DNA of 64,000 bases. Source: Candidatus Nanopelagicales bacterium (GTDB lineage Bacteria > Actinomycetota > Actinomycetes > S36-B12 > UBA10799). Every line of letters begins with the position of its first letter. Position 1 is the first letter of the stretch. The notes beneath the pieces are model-generated. The model made no database searches, was not told the origin of the DNA, and saw only the letters and a list, made by a program, of their open reading frames with translations. Shown piece after piece: positions 41,499 through 56,120 of the stretch. The position numbers and the translations under genes were made by a program. The stretch spans positions 31,763-95,762 of the forward strand of contig JBAOIN010000006.1 in the NCBI GenBank assembly GCA_037045455.1. Direction: 5' to 3'.

Positions 41499-43550
41499 AT
41501 GACCGTGGAATGGACCGAGTTGGACCACCGAGCCGTCAACACCGCCCGGGCGCTGGCGATGGATGCGGTGCAGAAGGTCGGCAACGGCCACCCCGGCACG
41601 GCCATGAGCCTGGCACCCGCGGCGTACCTGCTGTTCCAGCGATTCCTGCGCCACGACCCCTCCGATCCGTCCTGGCTGGGCCGGGACCGGTTCGTGCTGT
41701 CCAACGGGCACACGAGCCTGACCCAGTACATCCAGCTGTACTTCAGCGGCTACGGCCTGGAGCTGTCCGACCTGGAAGCCTTCCGCACCTGGGGCAGCAA
41801 GACCCCAGGTCACCCCGAGTACGGGCACACGATCGGGATCGAGACCACCACCGGCCCACTCGGGCAGGGCTTCGCCACGGCTGTCGGCATGGCGATGGAC
41901 GGACGCTACGTGCGCGGGCTGTTCGACCCGTGGGCCGATCTCGGCAGCAGTCCCTTCGACCACCGGGTCTGGGTGTTCGCCGGCGACGGCTGCATGCAAG
42001 AAGGCATCACCTCTGAGGCCGCCAGCCTGGCCGGGCACCAGGAACTTGGCAACCTCATCGTCATCTACGACGACAACCACATCTCGATCGAGGGCAACAC
42101 CGAGGTCGCCTACTCCGAGGACGTCGTCAAGCGCTTCGACGCCTACGGCTGGCACACACAGCATGTGGACCTCGGACTGGACGGGGATGTGGACGTCAAG
42201 GCTCTGGCCAGCGCCATGGACAACGCCATGGCCGAGCACGGCCGCCCCTCGCTGATCTCGCTGCGCACGATCATCGCGTGGCCGGCGCCGGACGCCCAAA
42301 ACACCGGGAAGTCGCACGGCGCCGCACTCGGCACCGAGGAGATCGCCAAGACCAAGGCGATCATGGGCATGGACCCGGACGTGAACTTCGCCGTGGCGCC
42401 CGAGGTGCTCGAACACGTGCGCAAGGTGAAGGAGCGGGGTCAGGCAGCCGCACACCGAGTGGGATGCCGCATTCGACGACTGGAAGGCGGCACACCCCGA
42501 GCGAGTGCCGCTACTCGACAGGTTGCTGGCCAAGGAGCTGCCCGCGGAACTGGAGTCCGCGCTACCCGTCTTCGACCCCAGCAAGGACGTCGCCACCCGC
42601 AAGGCATCGGGCGAGATGCATCAACGCCATCGCCGAGGTGATGCCGGAGTTCTGGGGCGGGTCCGCGGACCTGGCGGAAAGCAACAACACCACCATCGAG
42701 GGCGCCAAGTCGTTCCTGCCTGCCAACAACCGTTCGCCACAGACAGATCCCTACGGTCGCGATGCTGCACTTCGGCATCCGGGAGCACGCTATGGGCGCG
42801 ATGCTCAACGGCATGGCACTGGGCGGGCTCAGCCGGCCGTTCGGCGGGACGTTCCTGGTCTTCTCCGACTACATGCGGGGGTCGGTGCGACTGGCCGCCC
42901 TGATGCAGGCACCGGTGACCTACGTATGGACCCACGACTCGATCGGCGCTGGGCGAGGACGGCCCCACGCACCAGCCCGTCGAGCATCTGACCGCGCTGC
43001 GCGCGATGCCGGGCCTGGACGTCGTACGGCCTGCCGACGCCAACGAGACCGCGCGCGTGCTGGCTGCAGGTCCTGCGCAACCGGCGCCCGGCCGGCGCTG
43101 GCGCTGACCCGCCAGAACGTGCCGACCCTACAGCCCGACGCGGTCGCCGGAGCTGCCAAGGGCGGCTACGTGCTTGCCGAAGCCGACGGTGGCTCAGCCG
43201 AGGTGATCCTCATCGGGACCGGGTCGGAGGTGCAGTTGGCGCTGGCCGCCCGGGAGACGCTGCAGGCCGAGGGCGTGCCGACCCGAGTGGTCTCCATGCC
43301 CTGTACCGAATGGTTCGACGAGCAGCCCGCTGAGTACCGGGAGTCGGTGTTGCCAGCGGCTGTGTCTGCTCGGGTCTCGGTGGAGGCCGGCCGGGCGATG
43401 CCCTGGTACAAGTACGTCGGCTCGCAGGGCCGCTGTGTCAGCCTCGAGCACTTCGGCGCATCAGCGGACTACAAGAAGCTGTACGAGGAGTTCGGCATCA
43501 CGGCGGACGCGGTGGTCGAAGCCGCCCGGGAGTCGCTTGCGGCTGGCTAA
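41499..43550 (+). pseudogene. tkt: transketolase, six successive net +1 frame breaks between 42445 and 43096
   Basis: Conserved segments run through frames 0,1,2,0,1,2,0: ..GHPG..GDGCMQEGI.. | HTEWDAAFDDWKAAHPE.. | INAIAEVMPEFWGGSADL.. | MLHFGIREHAMGAM.. | [14 protein letters not shown].. | [12 protein letters not shown] | LALTRQNVP.. Confidence 0.85.
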
Positions 43551-43663
43551 TCACACAGCGCCGGATGGGCATGATCGGTGGCGGTAGGGGAACGGGAGAA
43601 CAGATCGCTCGCACGGCGATCCACCCGCAATCCGGATACCGTTGCGCTTCATAAGGAGGCTCC

Positions 43664-44776
43664 ATGACCGATCGCCTGCAGGAACTCAGCGACATCGGCG
43701 TTTCCATCTGGCTCGATGACCTCGACCGCTCTCGGCTGACCACCGGCGGCTTGCAGCGTTTGACGCAGCAAGACCACGTCGTCGGCGTCACGACCAACCC
43801 GTCGATCTTCAGCAAAGCGATCTCGGCTGGCGCGGATGCGTACGCCACGCAGGTCGCAACTCTGGCTGCCGGACAGGCCGACTCCGATTTTGCCGTGCGC
43901 GAAATGACCACCCAGGACGTCAGGGACGCCTGCGACGTCATGGCCGGCATCGCAACCCGCACCGACGGTGTCGACGGCCGGGTGTCCATCGAGGTCGACC
44001 CCCGTCTGGCCCGCGACACCGCGGCCACTATCGCGCAGGCTCGGGAACTGTGGCAGCAAGTGGACCGTCCGAACCTGCTGATCAAGATTCCGGGGACCAA
44101 GGAGGGGCTGCCGGCCATCACGACGGCGATCTCGGAGGGCATCAGTGTCAACGTCACGTTGATCTTCAGTGTTGACCGGTATCGAGAGGTTATCGATGCC
44201 TGGGCCCGCGGTCTGGAGACCCGGATCGCGGCCGGTCAGGACGTCGCGAACATCCACTCGGTGGCGTCCTTCTTCGTCAGCCGCGTCGATACCGCGATCG
44301 ACGCAGAACTGGAGAAGATCGGCAGCGACGATGCGCTGGCCATGCGCGGCAAGGCCGGAATCGCCAACGCTCGCCTCGCCTGGGGTGCTTATCAGCAGTT
44401 CCGGGCCACAGATCGCTGGAACGCGCTGGAGGTCGCCGGGGCCAAACCACAACGTCCGCTCTGGGCCTCGACCAGCGTCAAGGACCCTGCGTTCCCCGAC
44501 GACATGTACGTGGTGGAATTGGCCGGCCCGGGCTGCGTCAACACCATGCCTGAGCCGACCCTGCGGGCGGTGGCCGACCACGGCAATCTGCAGGGCAACA
44601 CGTTGGACACCCCCGGCAGCCAGGAGGTCTTCGACCGTCTTGCTGCGCTCGGTGTCGACCTCGACGCGGTGTTCGTGCAACTGGAGAACGAGGGCGTCGA
44701 CAAGTTCGAGCAGGCCTGGGCGGAACTGCTCGGTACCGTCACCGAAGCACTGGCCCAAGACAGGAGCAGTACGTGA
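43664..44776 (+). CDS. tal: transaldolase (long actinobacterial type)
   Basis: 370 aa with GVTTNPSIF, the active-site region LLIKIPGT, and NVTLIFS. Confidence 0.95.
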   Translation: MTDRLQELSDIGVSIWLDDLDRSRLTTGGLQRLTQQDHVVGVTTNPSIFSKAISAGADAYATQVATLAAGQADSDFAVREMTTQDVRDACDVMAGIATRTDGVDGRVSIEVDPRLARDTAATIAQARELWQQVDRPNLLIKIPGTKEGLPAITTAISEGISVNVTLIFSVDRYREVIDAWARGLETRIAAGQDVANIHSVASFFVSRVDTAIDAELEKIGSDDALAMRGKAGIANARLAWGAYQQFRATDRWNALEVAGAKPQRPLWASTSVKDPAFPDDMYVVELAGPGCVNTMPEPTLRAVADHGNLQGNTLDTPGSQEVFDRLAALGVDLDAVFVQLENEGVDKFEQAWAELLGTVTEALAQDRSST

Positions 44777-46314
44777 GACAAGCGGCCTTCACCAGCACGA
44801 ACCCCCTGCGCAGCCCGCTCGACCGGCGGTTGCCGCGGGTGGCTGGTCCGTGCTGCCTGGTGATCTTCGGCGTGACCGGCGACCTGTCACGCAAGAAGCT
44901 CATGCCGGCGGTCTACGATCTGGCCAACCGGGGTCTGCTGCCCCCGTCGTTCGCGCTGGTGGGTTTCGCCCGCCGGGACTTCAGCGACCAGGACTTCGCC
45001 CAGGAGGTCCACGACTCGGTGCGGGCCTATTCACGCACCGAATTTCGCGAGGACGTATGGCACCAGCTCGCGCAGGGCTTCCGCTTCGTGGCCGGAGACT
45101 TCACCGACGATGCCGCCTTCGACGCCTTGGCCGCGACCGTGACCGACCTGGCCAACGATCGCGGCACAGGCGGGAACACCGCCTTCTACCTGTCCATCCC
45201 GCCGAGCATGTTTCCCCTGGTGGTGCAGCAGCTCAAGCGCTCCGGATTGGCTTCCGAGGAGCGGGGTGGTTGGCGCCGGGTGGTGGTCGAGAAGCCGTTC
45301 GGCCACGATCTGCAGAGCGCGCAGGAGCTCAACCACACGCTGGGCGAGGTGTTTCCGAGCGGGTCGATCTTCCGCATCGACCACTATCTGGGCAAGGAAA
45401 CGGTCCAGAACCTGTTGGCGCTGCGTTTCGCCAACACACTGTTCGAGCCGATCTGGAATCGCCGCTACATCGACCACGTGCAGATCACGATGGCCGAGGA
45501 CATCGGCATCGGCAGCCGCGCCGGCTACTACGACGGCATCGGGGCTGCCCGCGACGTAATCCAGAACCACCTGCTGCAATTGACGGCGCTGACCGCCATG
45601 GAAGAGCCGGTGTCCTTCTCCGCCGAGCACGTCCGGGTGGAGAAGGAGAAGGTACTGGCCAGCGTGATTCTGCCCGATGACCTCGACGCCTACACCGCCC
45701 GCGGCCAGTACGGCCCGGGTTGGCAGGGCGGCGAGGAGGTGTGCGGCTACATGCAGGAGGCCAACATCCCCGCCACTTCCACGACCGACACGTTCGCGGC
45801 GATCAAGCTGCAAGTGGACACCCGCCGGTGGGCTGGGGTGCCGTTCTACCTGCGGACCGGCAAGCGGCTGGGCCGGCGGGTCTCGGAGATCGCGATCGTC
45901 TTCCAGCGGGCACCTCACCTGCCGTTCGCAGCGACCGACACCGAGGAGCTGGGGGCGAACACTCTGGTGGTGCGCGTGCAGCCGGACGAGGGCATCACGA
46001 TGAAGTTCGGGTCCAAAGTGCCGGGCACTCAGATGGAAGTCCGTGACGTGACGATGGACTTCGCGTACGGCGACTCGTTCACCGAATCCAGTCCCGAAGC
46101 CTACGAGCGGCTCATCCTGGACGTCCTGCTCGGCGATCCCCCGTTGTTCCCCCGGCACGAGGAGGTGGAGATGTCCTGGGCCATTCTTGACCCCGTGCTG
46201 GACAACTGGTCCAAGGACGGCAAGCGGCCCGAGACCTACGACCCTGGCACCTGGGGCCCGGCCGGTGCCGACGAGATGCTGGCCCGTGACGGCCGGGTTT
46301 GGCGGCGACCGTGA
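44773..46314 (+). CDS. zwf: glucose-6-phosphate dehydrogenase
   Basis: [15 protein letters not shown] motif and the RIDHYLGKE active-site signature. GTGA overlap with the tal stop. Confidence 0.95.
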   Translation: MRQAAFTSTNPLRSPLDRRLPRVAGPCCLVIFGVTGDLSRKKLMPAVYDLANRGLLPPSFALVGFARRDFSDQDFAQEVHDSVRAYSRTEFREDVWHQLAQGFRFVAGDFTDDAAFDALAATVTDLANDRGTGGNTAFYLSIPPSMFPLVVQQLKRSGLASEERGGWRRVVVEKPFGHDLQSAQELNHTLGEVFPSGSIFRIDHYLGKETVQNLLALRFANTLFEPIWNRRYIDHVQITMAEDIGIGSRAGYYDGIGAARDVIQNHLLQLTALTAMEEPVSFSAEHVRVEKEKVLASVILPDDLDAYTARGQYGPGWQGGEEVCGYMQEANIPATSTTDTFAAIKLQVDTRRWAGVPFYLRTGKRLGRRVSEIAIVFQRAPHLPFAATDTEELGANTLVVRVQPDEGITMKFGSKVPGTQMEVRDVTMDFAYGDSFTESSPEAYERLILDVLLGDPPLFPRHEEVEMSWAILDPVLDNWSKDGKRPETYDPGTWGPAGADEMLARDGRVWRRP

Positions 46315-47249
46315 CCACTCGCTTGGAGAAGACATCGGCTGACCAGATCGTGCGTGCGATCAACGCCGAGCGGCACAAGATCGGCGCGACGTCCACCGGA
46401 ATGGTGCTCACGCTGATCATCGTCACCGACGAGGAGAACCAGGAGGACGCCACGCGGGCCGCGGCAGCTTCCGCGATGGAGCACCCGTGCCGCATCATCA
46501 CCCTGATCCCCCGGCCCGGGCGGGTCGACCCGCAACTGGACGCCAACATCGACGTCGGCGACACCATGGGCCCCGGCGAGACCGTCCGATTGCGGCTGCG
46601 TGGCGAACTGTCCGAGCACGGCGCGTCGGTCGCGCTGCCGCTGCTGCTGCCGGACACCCCCGTCGTCGTGTGGTGGCCGACCACCTGCCCGGACGTGCCG
46701 GCTGAGGACCCGATCGGACGGATGGCGCAGCGCCGGATCACAGATGCCGCGTCCCAGCGTCACCCGATAGCCTCGCTGGCCTTGCGCAAGACCGGTTACG
46801 TCGCCGGTGACACCGACCTGGCCTGGACCCGCACCACGACCTGGCGCTCCATGCTCGCTGCCGCGCTCGACCTGCCCTACGACCCGATCACCCACGTGGA
46901 CGTCAGCGCCGAACGCTCCAACCCGTCGGCCGCCCTACTGGAGGCGTGGCTGGCGAAGTGTCTGGACGTCCCGGTCGAATCCCATCGCAGTCGCGGCCCG
47001 GGTATCACCAACGTCGTCCTGCACACCAAAGGCGGACCCATCGAGTTGACCCGCCCGGACGGGCGTACCGGACGGCTATCGCGTCCGAACATCGAGTCTC
47101 ACGACGTTCCCCTGCCGCGGCGCGACGTGCGCGACCTGATCGCGGAGGAACTCAGCCGCCTGGATCCCGACGACATCTACGCCGACGCACTGGCGGCAAT
47201 CGAGTTGCCCACACCGGCCGGCAGGCGCCGCGAGACCGACGGCGAATGA
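46311..47249 (+). CDS. opcA: glucose-6-phosphate dehydrogenase assembly protein OpcA
   Basis: Position between zwf and pgl, with an OpcA-like sequence (..TSTGMVLTLIIV..PVVVWWP..). GTG 46311 overlaps the zwf stop; TTG 46299 is possible. Confidence 0.85.
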   Translation: MTTRLEKTSADQIVRAINAERHKIGATSTGMVLTLIIVTDEENQEDATRAAAASAMEHPCRIITLIPRPGRVDPQLDANIDVGDTMGPGETVRLRLRGELSEHGASVALPLLLPDTPVVVWWPTTCPDVPAEDPIGRMAQRRITDAASQRHPIASLALRKTGYVAGDTDLAWTRTTTWRSMLAAALDLPYDPITHVDVSAERSNPSAALLEAWLAKCLDVPVESHRSRGPGITNVVLHTKGGPIELTRPDGRTGRLSRPNIESHDVPLPRRDVRDLIAEELSRLDPDDIYADALAAIELPTPAGRRRETDGE

Positions 47250-47980
47250 GTATCCAGATCGGCGTCTACCCGACGCCCGAGGCGGTGTCGGAAGCGGTCG
47301 CAAACCACATGGCGGGCGCGATGCTGCCCGTACTCCTCGGCTCTGACCTCGCCCACATCTGCATCACTGGCGGACGCGGCGGCCACGGCGCGCTGGCGGC
47401 CCTGGCGGACAACCCCGGCATCGACTGGAGCCGGGTGCACGTGTGGTGGTCCGACGAGCGCTTTCTGCCACGCGGCGACGACCAGCGCAACGACACGATG
47501 GCCAAGGACGCGCTGTTCGACCGGGTCGACCTGCCGGCCGGCAACGTCCATCCGATGCCGGGCAGTGACGAGTTCGACGACATCGAGGAAGCGGCCCGCT
47601 CCTACGCCGCGGAACTGGCAGCCTTTGGCCCCCCGCGGTTCTGCGTCTCCATTCTGGGAATGGGTGAGGACGGCCACGTGGCCTCGCTGTTCCCCGAGCA
47701 TGCCGGGCTGCGCGAGACCCGCCCGGCGTTCCCGGTCACCGACTCCCCCAAACCGCCCCCGCGGCGGATCTCACTGTCCTTCGATGCGATCAACACCGCC
47801 GACGCCGTGATCCTGATCGCGTCCGGTGCCGGGAAGGCCGATGCCGTGGGACTGCTGATCAACGACCCGGGGCCGTTGGCAGTACCGGCCGCCGGCGTGC
47901 ATGGCCGGGTGAGCACCCTGCTGGCCGTCGACGAGGCCGCGGCGGTGCACCTGCCGCCGGGGTTGAGCCGCTACGCCTGA
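47246..47980 (+). CDS. pgl: 6-phosphogluconolactonase
   Basis: ITGGRGG, WWSDERF and MGEDGHVASLFP motifs. ATGA overlap with the opcA stop. Confidence 0.9.
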   Translation: MSIQIGVYPTPEAVSEAVANHMAGAMLPVLLGSDLAHICITGGRGGHGALAALADNPGIDWSRVHVWWSDERFLPRGDDQRNDTMAKDALFDRVDLPAGNVHPMPGSDEFDDIEEAARSYAAELAAFGPPRFCVSILGMGEDGHVASLFPEHAGLRETRPAFPVTDSPKPPPRRISLSFDAINTADAVILIASGAGKADAVGLLINDPGPLAVPAAGVHGRVSTLLAVDEAAAVHLPPGLSRYA

Positions 47981-48009
47981 GGACGTATTTGCACATTGCT
48001 TACCCGGCG

Positions 48010-48991
48010 GCTGAAAGGGCAAGCCGTCGTCCTCCCCGATCCGCAACTGCGCGCCGGGGTGGGCCTTCTCCCGGCGGGCGATCAGGCGCATCCCGGCCGG
48101 CCAGGTCCCGCGGGCGGTGCCCGGGGTCCACCGGGCGGTCAGTTCGGCGACGTAGGCCTGTTCGCGGGGGTTACCGGCCGCGTCGACGGCTTTGCGCCAC
48201 GCCTGCCGGGGCAGGTCGGCCAACGCCGCCGCGACGGTGTCGTGCACGGCCATGCCCACGCAGTAGTCCAGTCCCAGCCCGGCCACATGCCCCAGGAACT
48301 CCTTGGTGCCCCCGGCCGAATCGGCGCGCACCAGCACCCTGCCCCGGTCAGCGGCGGGCAGTTGAGCGATCGCCGCGTCGAGCACCGCGATGTGATCGGC
48401 GGCCGTGGACGACCCGGCGTTACCCGGGCGCAGCAACCCAGCCAGCGGCTCCCCGGCCCCGCCGGGGCCATGATCGGCGAACGCCAGCAACGGGTGGAAC
48501 CCGAACCCGCGCTTGTAGTTCGGCGCCGCGCCCTGCTTGTCCGAATGCGCCCCCACCAAGGTGGCGTCCAGATCCACGACCACCGGGCCGTCTGCGACCG
48601 GGTTGGCCTGTGACCACACCTGCCTCCGGGCCCCGGCCCGCACCGCGCGGATCGCTGCAAGCACCTCATCCACGTCGGCGGCCAACACCTCCAGCAGCCG
48701 TGACACCGTCGGGTCTGAGGCCACCGCCCCGAACACCTGCGGCTGGGCGCGCACCACCGCCACATCGGACAGGCAGTCCCCACCGACCGCGATCGCCACC
48801 ACCAGATCCAGCAGCACCTTGCCCGGGTCATGCACCGACCGTGGTGAGCGCCACCCGGCCAGCCCGGCCGACAACCCCGATGCCAGCCCGCAGGCCGCAG
48901 CGGTCTGGGTCAGCAGCCGCCCTCCCGAGGTCGACACCAACGCGTCGGCGCCAGCTACCACACGAACATTCGGATACGGGTTACCGTTCAC
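48010..48991 (-). pseudogene. IS1380-family transposase, 3'-truncated remnant
   Basis: HDPGKVLLDL, DLDATLVGAHSDKQGAAPNYKRGFGFHPLLAF and LRPGNAGSSTAADHI match the IS1380 DDE transposase pattern. Similarity ends after ..AHPGAQLRIGEDDG (about 48020). The ORF then runs on meaninglessly into the 3' end of pgl. Confidence 0.75.
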
Positions 48992-49100
48992 CTACGGAGT
49001 GCCTTTCCACTTGCGATTGAATCTTTGGACCTTTAGACAGCCTCAATTCTCCCGAGCAGGACAGGCACTTCCGTCTATTTCTGACGCCGCCGACACACCA
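48010..49100 (-). mobile_element. IS1380-family insertion sequence remnant (termini not defined)
   Basis: Truncated transposase gene plus a lower-GC upstream flank of about 100 bp (48992..49100). No inverted repeats could be paired because the 3' part is missing. Confidence 0.55.
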
Positions 49101-49116
49101 GCCCCAGACGAAAGAT

Positions 49117-49207
49117 CTGAGGTTAGCACTCTCGGCATCGGTGAGCACCACGGTCGCCAAAACCCCGCCCGCGGTGCTCTCGGATGCCCGGAATGCTCAC
49201 GGATCGG
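49117..49207. repeat. decamer-array palindromic repeat copy
   Basis: Decamers at 49117, 49136, 49177 and 49196 (19-bp phasing). Core CCAAAACCCCGCCCGCGG. Near-identical to the reverse complement of 18247..18344. Confidence 0.85.
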
Positions 49208-49251
49208 ATGGCCGAGCCCCGTACACACCAAACTCGCGGACTGCCCGGGAC

Positions 49252-50216
49252 TCAGATCGGCAAGCCCAGCTCCTTGAACGTGTTGCACTGGTTGATGTCG
49301 CCGGTCTGGTAGCCGCGGGTGTACCAGTACTCGCGCTGCTTGGCCGATCCGTGCGTGAACTTCTCGGGATTCACGCGAGCACCCGCGCTCTCCATGATCC
49401 GGTCGTCGCCGACGGCCGCTGCCGCCTGCGATGCCTGCTGGAACTCCTCCGGCGTGATCTGCACGTTGCCCATGTCGTTGGCCAGCCTGCCCCAGACGCC
49501 GGCAAAGCAGTCCGCCTGCAGTTCCATCGCCACGCTGTAGTTGTTGGGGTTGCGAGCAGACTGCTGGGCCCGGCGGACCTTCTGCTCGATGCCCAGCACG
49601 TTCTGCAGGTGGTGGCCGTACTCGTGGGCCATGATGTAGACCATCGCGTACTGGCCCTTCACGCCCAGAGCCCTCGAGTTGGCGCGTGAAACCGAGGTCG
49701 AAGTAGATGCGTTCGTCACCGGGGCAGTAGAACGGACCCACGTTGGTGTCGGCGGCGCCACATGCGGTGCGCGTGGCGCCGCTGAAGAACGTCAGTTTGG
49801 GGGTTTGCAGCTGCTGGCCGGCCTGCTGGAAGACCCCGCTCCAGACCTCGTTGGCCTCGTTGTAGGACTTCACGAGCAAGCAGTCGGTGTCCTCGAACGT
49901 CCCGTCCGCGGCATCCTGCGGACACCGCTCGGCCAGTGAGCCATTCACACCCTGGGCGGATCCGGGGACCTCGAACAGGGCATTGTCCGCCCCGCCCGAC
50001 TGCGGAGCGGTGCCACCACCTCCGAGGCTGCACATGGCCAGGACGATCAGGATCACGATCGTCAGCCCGGCACCGCCGCCCAGCATCTTGGACAATCCGC
50101 CGGCCATGGCGACCTGGCCCGGGCCCGATGCCCCCGGAGCCCATGGGCGAACCGCTGTTGTTGCCCCGCTGATCGTCGACACCCGACAGATCGACGTTGT
50201 TGTCGTCGAACTTCAT
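49252..50216 (-). pseudogene. YpfJ-like neutral zinc metallopeptidase (membrane anchored), two net +1 frame breaks (about 50112-50127 and 49671)
   Basis: MKFDDNNVDLSGVDDQRG.. is in ORF 49716..50216. The TM and middle part are in ORF 49043..50182. The HExxH part (YIMAHEYGHHLQ) and C-terminus are in ORF 49252..49761. Confidence 0.8.
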
Positions 50217-50255
50217 GGCTGTCAGGCTACTCGCGCACGCCCGGCCCGCGCAGGC

Positions 50256-50591
50256 TCAGACCTCGGGCAGGTTCTTCATCGCCTCGTCGAGCAGGGCGTT
50301 CGCCTCGCGGTCGCTGCGGCGCTCCTTCACGTAGGCCAGGTGTGTCTTGTACGGCTCGATCTTCGGCGGCGCCGGCGGGTTCTGCTGATCCTGGCCGGCC
50401 GGCAGCCCGCAGCGAGGACAGTCCCACTGCTCGGGCGGGGCCGCGTCCTGGGCGAAACTGGCCTGGCTCTCATGGCCGTTCGCGCAGTAGAAGGAGATCT
50501 TCTTGCGCGGTGCGGCCTCGCCCCGCTCTGCCTCGCCCATGGGACCGGCACCTACTCGGCTACCCCTGATCGCACTGCCACCACCGGCCAC
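50256..50591 (-). CDS. rbpA: RNA polymerase-binding protein RbpA
   Basis: IRGSRVGAGPMGEAERGE.., the zinc-ribbon-like core YCANGH..WDCPRCG, and the C-terminal basic/sigma-interaction helix (THLAYVKERRS). GTG start. Confidence 0.85.
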   Translation of the reverse strand: MAGGGSAIRGSRVGAGPMGEAERGEAAPRKKISFYCANGHESQASFAQDAAPPEQWDCPRCGLPAGQDQQNPPAPPKIEPYKTHLAYVKERRSDREANALLDEAMKNLPEV

Positions 50592-50608
50592 TGCTGCCTC
50601 CCCTTAAG

Positions 50609-50839
50609 TCAGGACTTCGTGATCAGGCCGAGAGCGATGATCGTCGCGGCCCAGATCAAGCCGACGGCCACCGTGATCCGGTCGAGGTTGCGCTCGGCGA
50701 CGCTCGAACCTCCGATCGAGGTGCTCACGCCACCGCCGAACAGGTCGGACAGACCTCCACCTTTGCCCTTGTGCAGCAGCACGAGCACGATGAGCAGCAC
50801 GCTGCTGACCAGCAGCACGATCTCCAGCCCAAGAATCAC
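50609..50839 (-). CDS. secG: preprotein translocase subunit SecG
   Basis: 76 aa, two TM helices flanking LLHKGKGGGLSDLFGGG. Lies downstream of tpiA. Confidence 0.9.
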   Translation of the reverse strand: MILGLEIVLLVSSVLLIVLVLLHKGKGGGLSDLFGGGVSTSIGGSSVAERNLDRITVAVGLIWAATIIALGLITKS

Positions 50840-50875
50840 CGTGACGTCCTTTCTGCGGTGAGTACCAGAGTAACC

Positions 50876-54047
<3,172 letters not shown>

Positions 54048-54077
54048 CTACCTGTCGCAGTTGACCCGAATGGTCGC

Positions 54078-55058
54078 TTACACCAACTCGTCGTCGGCCG
54101 AGATCCCCGCCTCGGTGTCCGGAATGCCCAACTCACGGGCCCGGCGGTCAGCCAGTCCCAGCAGCCGCCGGATCCGCCCGGCGATCGCGTCCTTGGTCAT
54201 CGGCGGATCGGCCAGTGCACCGAGCTCCTCAAGCGACGCCTGCCGGTGTTCCATGCGCAACTTGCCGGCTGACGAGAGGTGCTCGGGGACGTCGTCGCCA
54301 AGGATGGCCAGAGCCCGCTCTACGCGCGCGCTAGCCGCAACGGCGGCCCGCGCCGAGCGCCGCAGGTTGGCGTCGTCGAAGTTGGCCAGCCGGTTGGCGG
54401 TGGCCCGGACCTCGCGGCGGGTACGCCGCTCCTCCCAGACCAGCACCGAGGAATGCGCGCCCATCCGGGCCAGCATCTGGCTGATCGCGTCGCCGTCGCG
54501 GATGACCACCCGCTCCACGCCGCGCACCTCGCGGCTCTTGGCAGTGATTCCCATGCGGCGGGCCGCGCCCACCAGGGCCAGGGCGGCTTCAGGTCCCGGA
54601 CACGTGACCTCCAGCGCCGACGAACGGCCGGGTTCGGTCAGCGAGCCATGGGCCAGGAACGCTCCGCGCCAGGCGGCTTCGGCGTCGCAGATCCCGGCGG
54701 TGACCACGTGCGGCGGGAGACCCCGCACCGGCCGGCCGGAAGCGTCGACCAATCCCGCCTGCCGGGCGAGTTGTTCACCGCCCTGCACGACGCGGACCAT
54801 GTAGCGGGTGCCCTTGCGCAGGCCCCCCTTGTGCACCACCGCGAAATCCGCCTGCTGGCCGAAGACTTCGGCGAGGTTGGCCCGCAACCGGCGGGCGGCG
54901 GCGCCGGTGTCGAACTCGGCCTCCACCACGATCTTCCCGCTGACGATGTGAAGGGCTCCCCCGAAACGCAGCATTGCCGAGGTTTCCGCCTTGCGGCAGC
55001 AGGGCTTCGTCACCTCGAGTTGATTGAGTTCATCCTTCACCGCGGCGGTCATTGCCAT
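54078..55058 (-). CDS. whiA: DNA-binding protein WhiA
   Basis: [25 protein letters not shown].., a degenerate LAGLIDADG scaffold plus a C-terminal HTH. Lies downstream of yvcK. Confidence 0.9.
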   Translation of the reverse strand: MAMTAAVKDELNQLEVTKPCCRKAETSAMLRFGGALHIVSGKIVVEAEFDTGAAARRLRANLAEVFGQQADFAVVHKGGLRKGTRYMVRVVQGGEQLARQAGLVDASGRPVRGLPPHVVTAGICDAEAAWRGAFLAHGSLTEPGRSSALEVTCPGPEAALALVGAARRMGITAKSREVRGVERVVIRDGDAISQMLARMGAHSSVLVWEERRTRREVRATANRLANFDDANLRRSARAAVAASARVERALAILGDDVPEHLSSAGKLRMEHRQASLEELGALADPPMTKDAIAGRIRRLLGLADRRARELGIPDTEAGISADDELV

Positions 55059-55158
55059 GACCCGCAGTCTTACACGCGCACCGTTCGGCTGAACACCGAA
55101 CCGGTCGAAAGAGGGCATGGGGGCTAGGTGGCCGTTATCACTCTCAGCCCGGCCGGCC

Positions 55159-56118
55159 TCAGCTCAGTAGCCGTCCGAACACCGAGGCCAGCAGCAACGT
55201 GTCGTGTACGGGCTGCGCCACGCCGGACTCCACCGCCCGCACGTCCTCGATCAGGACCTCTGCCCCCACCGCGGCGCAAGCCTGACGCAGCGCTGCTTCA
55301 TCGATGACCGAACTCGGGTCCACGACGACCCAGTCGAGGCGCACCTCGGGGAATGTGGCTGTCAGGCTGCGCAGATACCGCGCCGGCGTGAACCCGGTCG
55401 TCTCCCCCACTTCGGCGGTCACATTGACGACCAGCACCCGGGTGGCCTTGGCCTCCACGAGCGCGTCGTGGACCTCCCGTACCCGCAAGTGGGGCAGCAC
55501 CGAGGTGAACCAGCTGCCCGGCCCGAGCACCACCATGTGCGCCCGGCTGATCGCGTCCAGCACCTCAGGGCAGGGTTTGGGATCCGGGGGTTCGATGCCC
55601 AAGGAAACGACCTCGCCCGAGGTCGTCGCGATCGCGACTTGACCCCGCAGGGCCTGCACGTCGTCAGTCACCGGGTCGCGCACTTGTGCCACCAGTTCGA
55701 CCGGCTCCATGGCAACAGGCAGCACCCTGCCCTGCGCCTCGAGCAGGGCAGCGACCCAGTCCAGGCCGCTCACCGGATCCCCGGTCTCCTCCCACAACGC
55801 CGAGATGAGCAGGTTGCCGACGGCGTGACCGGCAAGATCCCCGCCTCCAGCGAACCGGTGCTGCAGCACACGTGACCAGGTCCGGCCCCACGTGTCGTCG
55901 CCGCAGAGCGCCGCGAGTGCCATGCGCAGATCGCCCGGCGGGATCAGTCCCAGCTCCTTGCGGATGCGCCCCGACGAACCGCCGTCGTCGGACACCCCCA
56001 CCACGGCCGTGACCGAGTCGGTCACCCGGCGCAACGCCCGCAATGTCGCCGCGAGCCCATGACCACCGCCCATCGCGACCACAGGCGGTCCGGTGTGCCA
56101 CTGCCCTGCCGGACGCAC
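55159..56118 (-). CDS. yvcK: YvcK/CofD-like gluconeogenesis factor
   Basis: [11 protein letters not shown]-terminal motif, ..GPGSWFTSV.., conserved rapZ-yvcK-whiA order. Confidence 0.9.
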   Translation of the reverse strand: MRPAGQWHTGPPVVAMGGGHGLAATLRALRRVTDSVTAVVGVSDDGGSSGRIRKELGLIPPGDLRMALAALCGDDTWGRTWSRVLQHRFAGGGDLAGHAVGNLLISALWEETGDPVSGLDWVAALLEAQGRVLPVAMEPVELVAQVRDPVTDDVQALRGQVAIATTSGEVVSLGIEPPDPKPCPEVLDAISRAHMVVLGPGSWFTSVLPHLRVREVHDALVEAKATRVLVVNVTAEVGETTGFTPARYLRSLTATFPEVRLDWVVVDPSSVIDEAALRQACAAVGAEVLIEDVRAVESGVAQPVHDTLLLASVFGRLLS

Positions 56119-56120
56119 GT

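Noticed and set aside
42445-43096. Programmed ribosomal frameshifting or transcriptional slippage in tkt, gap, pgk and the other broken genes
   Set aside because: There are no shared slippery heptamers or downstream structures at the break points. Six consecutive shifts in one gene are implausible as a programmed mechanism. The breaks occur at unrelated sequence contexts.
41190-46335. Long antisense ORFs opposite tkt, tal and zwf (41190-42602, 43649-44758, 45031-46335), plus similar ones elsewhere (849-1895, 15235-16413, 27389-28978, 47989-49020)
   Set aside because: These are typical high-GC shadow ORFs, with biased Arg/Gly/Pro/Ala content and no recognisable motifs. Each overlaps a strongly supported gene on the other strand or frame.
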